Translations under genes and position numbers: made by a program | The notes under the pieces: model-generated | Told to the model about the DNA's origin: nothing | Databases searched by the model: none | Seen by the model: the letters and a program-made list of their open reading frames with translations, nothing else | In this document: positions 1 through 10,450 of the stretch, piece by piece | How the letters are laid out: every line of letters begins with the position of its first letter | How positions within the stretch are numbered: position 1 is the stretch's first letter | NCBI RefSeq assembly: GCF_006345805.1 | Contig: NC_043002.1 | Span: forward strand, 113,398,001-113,462,000 | DNA length: 64,000 nucleotides | From: Octopus sinensis | Lineage: Eukaryota | Direction of reading: 5' to 3'

Positions 1-3
1 TAA

Positions 4-39
<36 letters not shown>

Positions 40-99
40 AATACATATATATATATATATATGTATATATATAATATATATATAATATATATATATTTA

Positions 100-151
<52 letters not shown>

Positions 152-1105
152 ATATATATATATGCCCCGTGATGAAGTTTTTTGCATTTGACTGAATTAA
201 AACATGACTTGAACAGTATTATATTTTTCTAAAATCCCTACTAAGCCAATTGTAATACTAATCCAACGGCGCATCAATGGCCGTCTCATATTTGATTCCT
301 GCGTATCTGGAATGTACATTACTAATGGAATTTAAATATTTCCATGTTACTCTTACTATATCCTCCATGAAATATAAAGTATTGCTTTTTCTTTGCCTCT
401 CGCCACCACAGTTATGTCTGTCTGTCTCATTATTCTAAAGCTGACAATAGCTACTCGCCATACTGTCTTTCCGCTACCACCACAGTATGTCAAACATATA
501 TAAAGACGCACAAACTTGTGTATATATATATATATATATGTGTGTGTATGTTCGTGTGAGTGTTTATATTATATATATATATACATACATACATACATAC
601 ATACATACATACATACATACATACATACATACACATAAATGTACACACACGCGCGCATACATCGATGTTTACTGACTTACTGACACATTTCACACATACT
701 ACACATACAGAAGGGTTCTTTTTCTGTGAGTCGAGATGCTCTATCAGTAATGTCAAAAGCCAGAGAAAAATATTTCAACATTCGCGTCGACTTTTTGCTA
801 TTCATATCGACATTCAGGCTTTAGAGATGCTCAGTCTTCAGCGCTCTCTGTAATTACATTCATATCATTCCTTCCCAGACCCACATACACAGAGAAACAC
901 ACACGTACACACACATACAACACACACACATATAAATCTATACATACATACGTATATATGTGCGTGTGTGAGTGGGCGCTTGTATGAGTGTGTGAGTGTG
1001 TGTATGTGTGTCTGTCTGTGTATATGTGTGTCTGTCTGTGTGTATGTGTGTCTGTCTGTGTGTATGTGTGTGTGTACGTAATTATTATTTATATATGTAT
1101 ATAAA

Positions 1106-1270
1106 GGCGCCGAGCTGACTGGAATAGTTAGCATGCCGGACAAAATGCTTAGCGGCATTTCGTCCGTCTTTACGTTCTGTGTTCAAATTCCACCGAGGTC
1201 GAATTTGCATTTCATTCTTTCGCGGTCGATCAAATAGTACCACTTGATCATTGGTGTCAAAGTGATGATG
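1106..1270 (+). mobile_element. tRNA-derived SINE family C (Nin/Deu-like central domain), diverged copy
   Basis: GGCGCCGAGCTG head and GTTCAAATTCC B-box-like motif; aligns by eye with the copies at 49638 and 59632. Confidence 0.75.
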
Positions 1271-2035
1271 GGGCACAAATATACGAAACTCAATATACCC
1301 ATTATGACTACCCGTCTGCTAAGGGTACGCCAGGCATATGCATTACAACCATATGGTGCGCGACGTGACGACCTCGTATCAAGACACAAACGCATGACCT
1401 TGCAGATAGGGCCCAATTAGAATTTCTTTCGTGTCGAGCAACTCATCGCGCTCAAAAGTTCCCTACATAAGGGTTGGTTACGTCTGATGAACGAAAAACC
1501 CATGTTTCAAACCCTAAAAAATTCCTCTCAGCACATAGCTAAGATGCTCCCCCATTACTCCTGGTCGTGAGAGTGATACGCAAATCGCCAACCATAAAGA
1601 AGATGAAACCACTAAGAAGTAAATCTTAGGCTATCAGATGTTGCTACACATCGCTGATCACAATGCGCTTCGCATTGTTTTAGCCTTCAAATGACGCCAC
1701 CCCGCTGGCTAAGCCAGCAGGCCAACAGAAGAAAGAGTGAGAGAAAGTTGTGACGAAAGAGTACTGCAGGAATCGCCACCACCCACTGCGTGGAGCTTTA
1801 GGTGTTTTCGCTCAATAAACACTCACAACGCCCGGTCTGGGAATCGAAACCGCAATCCCACAACCGCAAGTCCGCTGTCCTAACCACTGGGCCATTGCGC
1901 CTCCACAAATCTGATGTATTGAGTAGAAAACTTGATACAGCCCATCCTTTACACCAAGACAAAATAGCTAAGACCAGAAACCACGAGAGCCACTTCTTGG
2001 GACTGTATCAGGGCATTGGTACTGCATCAGGGCAT
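1270..2035 (-). mobile_element. ~550-bp interspersed non-coding repeat (family D), interrupted by a SINE at 1628-1906
   Basis: Reverse complement matches 41571-42120 (TGCCCTGATGCAGTACC start; CAGACGGGTAGTCAT near the end). Confidence 0.75.
1628..1906 (-). mobile_element. tRNA-derived SINE, family B head with a different 3' half
   Basis: Head GGAGGCGCAATGGCCCAGTGGTTAG...GGTTTCGATTCC shared with 43064-43449; the sequence diverges after CACAACTTTCTCTCACTCT. Confidence 0.8.
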
Positions 2036-2395
2036 TTATTATAATTGTTATGACTATTTTGTTGTTCTTATTAGACTTCATACACAGCACTTACTCTCTT
2101 TACCTCTCACTCTTCGCCTTACTCTCTTTACCTTTCACTCTTCGCCTTACTCTCTTTTTCTCTCACCTTTTTCTTTCGTTCTTCGCCTTTCCCTTCAACT
2201 AATCACGTGAAAGCTTTGCAGACGATCTAAGTAAGGAAAACCTTAGTTCAAAACAAAATTAGTCATCTCCCTCCACCTCCCTTCCCTCCCTCCTTCAAAT
2301 AATCACGTGGAAGTGTTACTGACGGGCTTAGTAACGGAGGATCAAGCAGAATTATTATTATTATTATTATTATCATTATTATTATTATTTTCATT

Positions 2396-2443
<48 letters not shown>

Positions 2444-2522
2444 TTATTATTATTATTATTATCATCATTATTATTATTGTTGTTGTTGTTGTTGTTGTTG
2501 TCGTTGATGTCGTTGCTGTTGC

Positions 2523-3815
2523 TAAGTTAAGTTAAAAATTTGGCTCAAAAAGCAAAAAGCAAGGCCATGTAGGGGGACATGGAGTTATGTACAGGGTTGT
2601 GTTCATGCAAAGAGTTCAGGCCATTTCTGGTCAAGAGAGACTTTGAACCGAGCGGTCGTCGGCATCTTCACTATCTCGTCCGGCAGCTTATTCCACGGAT
2701 CCGCAACCCGGACGGAGAAAGCCCCTCTCCTTCGATTGAGATGAAATCGTCGCAGATAGAGCTTTTCGGAGTGACCCCGCAGCCGACGCTCTGGAGCAGG
2801 AGTGAAGAACAGCTCTTTCGAGAGGTTACACTTTCCGCTTATGATGTTGTGAGCGAGAATGAGATCACCACGGCGTCGTCGTTTTTCTAGAGAATAAAGG
2901 TCGAGCGTCTTCAGCTTTTCTTCGTAGGACAAATGCTTGAGACCAAGAACCATGCGGGTAGCCAGCTTCTGAACTCTTTTCAGATTACGTATGTCTTTGA
3001 GGAGATAAGGAGAAGAGGCTTGAATCCCGTACTCCAATATGGGTCTCACCAGTGTGACATAGAGCGGTAGGAATATGGCTGCTGTGAGCATTCCGAATGA
3101 CCGTCGAATCAAAAACAGAACTCCGCGTGCTTTGTTGGCAGCATGGACGCACTGGGCCGAAGGCGAAAAGGAAGAATCCACCAAGATACCCAAGTCCTTT
3201 ACCTAGTAGGTCCTCTCCAGCAGCAGACGACTCGGCTCGAAATCAAGTTGAGTTGCAGGAGAGGAGCCAACAGGCAGATGACAGCACTTTGACACGTTCA
3301 GGCACAGGTCCCATTCGTTAGACCATCTCCAAACTTGGTGAAGGCATCGATGAAGATCATCTATATCACCGCGAGGAGCGACCAGTTTGACATCATCGGC
3401 AAATAGAAGGGTGTGTTGCGTGAGGTTGTCGGGCAAGTCATTTATGAAGACTAAAAACAATAAGGGCCCAAGCACTGAATCTTGAGGCACGCCACTGCTC
3501 GTACTGGAGACGTCGGACAGCGAACCCTTAACTTGAACTTGGAAGGAGCGATCTGAGAAGAAGGCACCAACCCATCGTACAATATCCGGATGGAAACTAT
3601 ATGCTTGAAGCTTGACAAGTGGTAGGCGGTGGTTAATCGAGTCAAAAGCTTTGGCAAAGTCCAATAAAACGATGTCAACAGCATCACCATCATCCAGGAC
3701 ACGCGTCACCAATTCTTCCATTACCAGTAAGTTGGTCAAGCATGATCTCTTCGGCACGAAGCCGTGTTGGGAATCAGAGATAGAGGCTGTGTTTTGGAGG
3801 TGGAGCAACATACTT
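2523..3815 (-). mobile_element. 5'-truncated CR1-clade LINE, reverse transcriptase and 3' end
   Basis: ORFs 3203-3868 and 2603-3193 are in frame across one stop; QHGF, DFAKAFD, GVPQDSVLGP, FADDVKL, LVRPILEY and LEKRRRRGDLI motifs; (TTAAC)n tail at ~2523-2535. Confidence 0.92.
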
Positions 3816-3874
3816 TTGTTGCTGGTATCAAGGTGGTGAGCTGGCACAACCGTTAGGATGCTGGACAAAATTCT

Positions 3875-3985
3875 TAGCTGTATTTCGTCCGTATTTGCGT
3901 TGTGAGTTCGAATTCCGCCGAGGTCGATTTTGCTTTTCGTCCTTTCAGAGTCAATGAAACAAGTACCAGTTGAATACTGGAGTCG
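3875..3985 (+). mobile_element. SINE family C fragment
   Basis: GAGTTCGAATTCCGCCGAGGTCGA...AAGTACCAGTT. Confidence 0.7.
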
Positions 3986-4355
3986 GTGTCGGAGTGTGGA
4001 ATACTAGCAGAATAAACTATAAATTCTCCAACAGAAGACAATGAAAAAGTCATTCTTATAACTAAATCTTCCCAGAAAAAAATCATGAATTGCCTAAGCT
4101 TGTACGCAAAAAATTAAAGATGTTTTTGTATTCAGGCGTAGATGTTTGTGTGTATGTACTACACACACACACACGCACATACATACTCACACACACACAC
4201 ACACATACACACACACTCACACATACACACACTCACACTCACCCACACACATATGTATATATAGAGTTCAAATTTACAGAAAATAAAAGCCGAAGACAAG
4301 TGAAGGAACAACTAGCAGGAGTATTAGTTTAACACTCGGGAAGAATGGAAAAATA

Positions 4356-4390
4356 TTTTACGTTTCGAGCCGACGCTCTTCAACAGAAAA
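4356..4390 (-). ncRNA. Minimal hammerhead-like motif (CUGUUGA variant) in a short PLE-type island 4263-4440
   Basis: Minus strand tttt-CTGTTGA-A-GAGC gtcg GCTC-GAAAC-GTA-aaa; same family as 8053-8090. Confidence 0.55.
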
Positions 4391-4485
4391 GACTAAGATA
4401 AAAAATAACGGAGTGAGAAAAAAATGTGAAGAGTTCAACGATATGTTTATATCGTTATGTATATGTTTATGTGTGTGTGTGTGTG

Positions 4486-4539
<54 letters not shown>

Positions 4540-4658
4540 GTGTGATGTGTAAGAAAATGAGATGACAAACGTAGAAGTTATAATGTTATGAACTATAAAT
4601 TATTTGCAATTTATCTGGGAAAAGATTTACAGTTGAAATGTAATTCTTTTCACATTCG

Positions 4659-4744
4659 AGGCTCCGACGAAGCTATTGAATTTGTTATTTGAGCACTCAG
4701 CTATGAGTGTCCACTGCATCTTATATCAGAAACAGCTGTAACCT
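4659..4744 (+). ncRNA. Degenerate type I hammerhead-like motif with long stem II
   Basis: aggct-CCGACGA...GAAAC agct GTA-acct; palindromic stem III ACAGCTGT; stems I and II imperfect. Confidence 0.45.
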
Positions 4745-4910
4745 AATGAAGTTCATAACATAACCGTTTTTTTTTACTCTGTCATTTCATTTTCTTATAC
4801 TTCGTTGTGATACATACGCATATTGAGTACTACACCAGTCCGCAATGCCTAAGCGGAATATTAAAACATACACACAGACAAACACACAACACACACACAC
4901 GCACGCACAC

Positions 4911-4948
<38 letters not shown>

Positions 4949-5176
4949 CCGGAGTAAACACAATAAATGTGAAACAAGGTGGAAAAAAGAGTACTCAATA
5001 CCAGTGGTAGAGTAATATGCTTTATTTAAAGCAGCAGAAAATTCAACAAAACCTGTTACTCTGAGTTTCACGTTGCCGTTCATCGGACAGTTTTTTCTAG
5101 CAAAAACTGTCCGATGAAACGGCCGCGAAACTCAGAGTAACAGGTTTTGTTGAATTTCTGCTGCTTTAAATAAAGT
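4949..5176. mobile_element. Fold-back PLE-type terminal island with a hammerhead motif on each strand
   Basis: Inverted arms ~5015-5096 and ~5102-5180; flanked by (TA)n; same family as 30663-30832. Confidence 0.75.
5053..5090 (-). ncRNA. Type I hammerhead ribozyme motif (U4C variant); mirror copy on + at 5107-5143
   Basis: ctgt-CCGATGA-ACG gcaa CGT-GAAAC tcaga GTA-acag; all three stems pair; GNRA loop 2. Confidence 0.75.
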
Positions 5177-5480
5177 ATATATATATAATATATATAATAT
5201 ATATATATGATATATATATATAAGTTTAACAATTAAGGATAATCTCTTATAAGGGATCTTAACAAGAAATTATCGGGTAGCTAGCGTGAAAACCTCATAA
5301 AAGAAAAGAATTCGAATAATTTTTTTTCTTTTGAACAAATTAATTATATCTATATTGTATAGAGAGGGCATTATTACCATAAATGCCTCACACTAGGAGG
5401 GACAAAGTCATTACTACCAAAATTATACTAATCATACCCAAATGCAGTTTTCAAAGCAAGACATTTAAAAAAATGAATTT

Positions 5481-5538
5481 AGTTCTGTATCACCGTGATT
5501 TCACATTCAACTTACGTCTAATGATCGTCAGCAGAACT
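5481..5538 (-). ncRNA. Type I hammerhead ribozyme, unit 1
   Basis: agttctg-CTGACGA-t catt a gac GTAA gtt g aatg t-GAAA-tcac g gtga-TA-cagaact; 7-bp stem I; predicted cut after AUA at 5488/5487. Confidence 0.82.
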
Positions 5539-5954
5539 GATTCTGAACACATCATAAATAAACTACCAACCTTACGTAGCGAAGACGAACAGACAACTGC
5601 TCACTCCGGCCAAGCACATGGAATGTTTATAAATCATTATCCGGTAAAGGCGGGCTTTTTACGAACTGCATGTCGGTAATGAAAAGTATTTCGGAATAAG
5701 TTTAACAATTAGGATAATCTCTTAATAAGGGATCTTAACAAGAAATTATCGGGTAGCTAGCGTGAAAACCTCATAAAAGAAAAGAATTCGAAAATATTTT
5801 TCTTTTGAACAAATTAATTATATCTATATTGTATAGAGGGCATTAGTACACATAAATGCCTCACACTAGGAGGGACAAAGTCATTACTACCAAAATTATA
5901 CTAATCATACCCAAATGCAGTTTTTCAAAGCAAGACATTTAAAAAAATGAATTT

Positions 5955-6012
5955 AGTTCTGTATCACCGTGATTTCACATTCAACTTACGTCTAATGATC
6001 GTCAGCAGAACT
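5955..6012 (-). ncRNA. Type I hammerhead ribozyme, unit 2
   Basis: Identical motif to 5481-5538, 474 bp downstream. Confidence 0.82.
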
Positions 6013-6429
6013 GATTCTGAACACATCATAATAAACTACCAACCTTACGTAGCGAAGACGAACAGACACTGCTCACTCCGGCCAAGCACATGGATGTTTA
6101 TAAATCATATATCCGGTAAATGGCGGGCTTTTTACGAACTGCATGTCGGTAATGAAAAGTATTTCGGAATAAGTTTAACCATTAAGGATAATCTCTTGCG
6201 TGTACAATCTTAACAAAAATTATCGGGTAGCTAGCGTGAAAACCTCATAAAAGAAAAGAATTCGAAAATAATTTTTTTCTTTTGAACAAATTAATTATAT
6301 CTATATTGTATAGAGGGCATTATTACACATAATGCCTCACACTAGGAGGGACAAAGTCATTACTACCAAATTATACTAATCATACCCAAATGCAGTTTTT
6401 CAAAGCAAGACATTTAAAAAAATGAATTT

Positions 6430-6484
6430 AGTTCTGTATCCGTGATTTCACATTCAACTACGTCTAATGATCGTCAGCAGAACT
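6430..6484 (-). ncRNA. Type I hammerhead ribozyme, unit 3 (small deletions in stems II and III)
   Basis: Same motif missing 3 nt; possibly read error. Confidence 0.65.
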
Positions 6485-6607
6485 GATCTGAACACATCAT
6501 AAATAAACTACCAACCTTACGTAGCGAAGACGAACAGACAACTGCTCACTCTCCGGCCAAGCACATGGAATGTTTATAAATCATATATCCGGTAATCATA
6601 TATCCGG

Positions 6608-6647
<40 letters not shown>

Positions 6648-6700
6648 AATATTAGGGAATAAATCCAAACTTACAGGGAAAAATCTAATTCTCTAATTTA

Positions 6701-6747
<47 letters not shown>

Positions 6748-6748
6748 T

Positions 6749-6817
<69 letters not shown>

Positions 6818-6905
6818 TAAATGGCGGTGCCCCAGCTCATTAGCTGAAACTGGAAAACTCAAAAAAAATCAACATCATACACACACACACACACACACAA
6901 CACAC

Positions 6906-6984
<79 letters not shown>

Positions 6985-8052
6985 GCACATACACATACAT
7001 ACATATACATAGACATGCATAATATATAATATGTCTCTATGCGTATACATCCATGTACATGATGTACACTCACACGCGCACATACATGTGCGATACATCT
7101 GTATGCATATATGTATTTATGTATATATGTATGAATATTCGTACCTGTGTAAGTATGTATGCGTGCGTGTACAAGATAAACTCGTGTCCTTGATGGCTTC
7201 TTGCTATTCAATAACACTGAGAATATTATATAGGGAGCAGAGCAGCTACATAACTAAATATATGAGAATTCACGTAGTGAGGTACGTCATCGTGTCACTT
7301 AATACTTTTCAACTACCACACTTGGTATTGTTGGAAGAAAGTGTGAAAAGCAAGACGCTTCCTGTGAACCCCAGGATTCCAAAGTTTTTTTTCGTTTGTT
7401 TTTTACTTCTCCTTTTCCCATAAATAGTTTATCATCATCATCATCATCATCTGTGACAATTGGCGTTGGAACAAACCGGAATATCCTGCGACTAGTGAAA
7501 GGTCGAACTGTTATCCAAATCTCTTCCTGGGTATTAGGGAGTGGGTTTGGACCAGAAACAGGGAACTAGAGAGCAGTATGATTAGTTTAGTAGAGACGTA
7601 CAATGTCTACGATGTAGGGTTTTCTTTGCAAACATTCTACTAATTCATAGCTTTCATACACACACTCGCGCACGCATGCACACGTATACGCACACCCACG
7701 CATGCGCACGCACACACAAACACACGCACATATATATATATATATATATATAGGCGTGTATTTATATATTTATTAATGTATATATATTAACTTTTACAAA
7801 GAAAAGTTTAACAGCGATTTGGAAGCTTCGAGTGCATCGGCTTTATAATATAGATACTTAGATAAATAGATAGATAGACAGATAGATGCACACACATATA
7901 TACATATATGCATATGTATATGTATATATAAGTATGTGTATGCATATATGTATAATATATATATATATATATATATCGCCATGTTGATTCGTTAGCTACT
8001 GCACGCATTTTTTTTTTCTCTCCTTCTTTCTGTGTTTTTCTCTCTCTGTGTA

Positions 8053-8090
8053 TCTTTCTGTTGAAGAGCGTAGGCTCGAAACGTTAAAGA
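8053..8090 (+). ncRNA. Minimal hammerhead-like motif (CUGUUGA variant) in island 7976-8185
   Basis: tcttt-CTGTTGA-A-GAGC gtag GCTC-GAAAC-GTT-aaaga; 5-bp stem I; palindromic AACGTT stem III. Confidence 0.6.
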
Positions 8091-8185
8091 CTTGTTTTTT
8101 TATATTTCCTGAGCGCCATACTAATACAATTGTTCGTTTGTTTTCCACCTGCCTTCGTCTTTTGTTTATTTTCATAAAGCTTCCT

Positions 8186-8245
<60 letters not shown>

Positions 8246-8317
8246 TATATATTATATATTATATATATTATATATATATATATATATAATATATATTATA
8301 TATATATATATATTATA

Positions 8318-8692
8318 GGCGCAGGAGTGGCTGTGTGGTAAGTAGCTTTCTAACCAACCACACGGTTGCGGGTTCAGTCCCACTGCGTGGCATCTTGGGC
8401 AAGTGTCTTCTGCTATAGCCCCGGGCCGACCAATGCCTTGTGAGTGGATTTGGTAGACGGAAACTGAAAGAAGCCTGTCGTATATATGTATATATATATA
8501 TGTATGCGTGTGTTTGTGTGTCTATGTTTGTCCCCCTAGCATTGCTTGACCACCGATGCTGGTGTATTTAGGTCCCCGTCACTTAGCGGTTCGGCAAAAA
8601 GAGACCGATAGAATAAGTACTAAAAGGTGGTGCTCCAGCATGGCCGCAGTCAAATGATTGAAACAAGTAAAAGAGTAAAAGAGTAAAAGAGA
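8318..8692 (+). mobile_element. tRNA-derived SINE family A (CORE-like domain, internal microsatellite, (GTAAAAGA)n tail)
   Basis: GGCGCAGGAGTGGCTGTGTGGTAAG head; GGTTCAGTCCC; TCTTGGGCAAGTGTCTT; more than 15 copies in the window. Confidence 0.9.
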
Positions 8693-8750
8693 TATATATA
8701 TATACATATATATACATATATACATATATACATATATGCATATATATATA

Positions 8751-8917
8751 TGTCAATCTAACACGAACGTGACAGTAGGGGGGTATACCACCGATGTTTA
8801 GCCCTAGGAAGCATCGACGCCTCCTGATGGCTTTGACACATCAGGAAGCGTCGATGCTTCCTAGGGCTAAACAGCTGTGGTGTACCCCTCTACTGTCACG
8901 TTCGTGTTAGATTGACA
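8751..8917. repeat. Fold-back palindrome, ~79-bp arms and 9-nt spacer, within (TA)n
   Basis: TGTCAATCTAACACGAACG...CCTGATG / CATCAGG...CGTTCGTGTTAGATTGACA. Confidence 0.9.
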
Positions 8918-8957
8918 GTATACAACCATTCTATCGCCCCACCACCGTACATGTCTC

Positions 8958-9021
<64 letters not shown>

Positions 9022-9033
9022 ATATAATATATA

Positions 9034-9083
<50 letters not shown>

Positions 9084-9109
9084 TATTATATATAATATAT
9101 ATATATATA

Positions 9110-9490
9110 TGAGAAGTTATTTTATTCCAGACGGATAGAAATATAGAAAAAAGATGCTGGAAAACCAAGTGGCAGTAGGTGATTGCGTGTGAATAGTTTG
9201 TTAAAGTTTATTTAGTGGTGGTTTGTATTTTTGTATGAATATATTTCTCTTTGTTTATTCGTGTTTGATCTGTGGTATTGACTAAACAAAGGTAATGTGG
9301 GAGAACTTGGAATTTAAGGAAGTTACCTTTTGCACACTTGTCCATGTGCCCACTCAGTTCAGTGGTATCTGTCTAGTATTGGGGTCTCGTAATAGCCGAC
9401 GGTGAATAGTCTTTCTATTTCTGGGAGTAAGTTTTGTTTGACCTGTGTAATTCTCTTTACATCCTTTACATTTAATAGCATATATGAAGC
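9110..9490 (-). mobile_element. Penelope-like element remnant, GIY-YIG endonuclease C-terminus
   Basis: Manual translation AIKCKGCKENYTGQTKLT..RDPNTRQIPL..GHMDKCAK..KYKPPLN; homologous to 37320-37790. Confidence 0.8.
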
Positions 9491-10264
9491 TGTTTGACGA
9501 GTGAAATGTTAATATCACCGAGCAATACTATAAACGAAGAACTGCATCTAGCCATTAAATCGAATCTAGATAGAGTATTTACTAGTTCATCAGAGAGAAA
9601 TAGCGTAAGATGGTGACAATTTTATCAGGTCAAGAGTCAGAACAAATACCACAACGCTAGTTCGTCGCCAAAAAGCGTTGGACAAAAACGTCTTGCAATA
9701 TCTGTTGAACTTTTATGTGCCAACATGACTGTATCACCTGATTCTTTTTTGCTCTTTTTTTTTATAAAAATGCAGAGAAACGCATTATCCAGTGCAGGTT
9801 GACAAGCATAAAAACCAGGTATGTTGAAGGGCCTATACATGCACAATACGAGGAGACACCAACACCATCATTCTCAAATCGACGACTACAATGTCGCAGC
9901 CATATTAGCAACAACTACAGGAAATGAAACAACAAGCAGACGCGCAAATACCAAACTTTCCATCTCAAAAATAAAATCATTTGAAGCTGCAGATGTATAT
10001 AACACAATATAACATACATACGGATCGAGGTGAGAGAATCACGTTTAAATCTACTATAGATAAGCTTTTAGTCAAAATAAACAATTACTTGAAAATGAAG
10101 GGTAATTTTCCAAATGATGTAGGAGTCTTCCAGGCACAGAAAACTAAAGATCTTTTCTTTTTTTTTTACTTGTTTCAGTCATTTACTGAAACAGTGTATG
10201 ATTTCTACGGTCATCTTATAAGCTGACAAGTCGAGTTGAGTTTAACTCAAGGCGCCGGTGAGAG

Positions 10265-10309
10265 CCACTGACAAGCGTCAATGTAAACGCGAATTCACTA
10301 GTGATCTGG
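10265..10309 (+). ncRNA. Degenerate hammerhead-like motif (two core substitutions)
   Basis: cca-CTGACAA-GCGT caatgtaa ACGC-GAAT-TCAC ta GTGA-TC-tgg; three stems intact, but G8 and A15.1 are altered. Confidence 0.5.
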
Positions 10310-10391
10310 GTAAGCCTACCAATCAGTCTTTATATCTCTATATCTGTCTTCTATTTGCTTCTCTATCTCTGTCTCTCTTTCTCTCTCCTCT

Positions 10392-10431
<40 letters not shown>

Positions 10432-10450
10432 ATATATATATAATATATAT

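Larger units (their letters stand above)
5221..6609 (-). repeat. Head-to-tail tandem array of ~475-bp units (about 2.9 copies), each with a hammerhead: retrozyme-like
   Basis: Units start at 5221, 5697 and 6170 (TAAGTTTAAC); near-identical apart from small indels; bounded by (TA)n on both sides. Confidence 0.9.

Noticed and set aside
165-222. Hammerhead-like GTGATGA..AAAAC-at-GAC
   Set aside because: Three core mismatches and no stem I; compatible with chance.
1481-1503. CTGATGA-AC-GAAA
   Set aside because: No stems, and the motif is not conserved in the paralog near 41860.
5221-6609. CRISPR-like array or coding repeat (ORFs 5383-5679 and 5947-6213)
   Set aside because: The units are contiguous with no unique spacers, and the ORFs are not conserved in frame between units.
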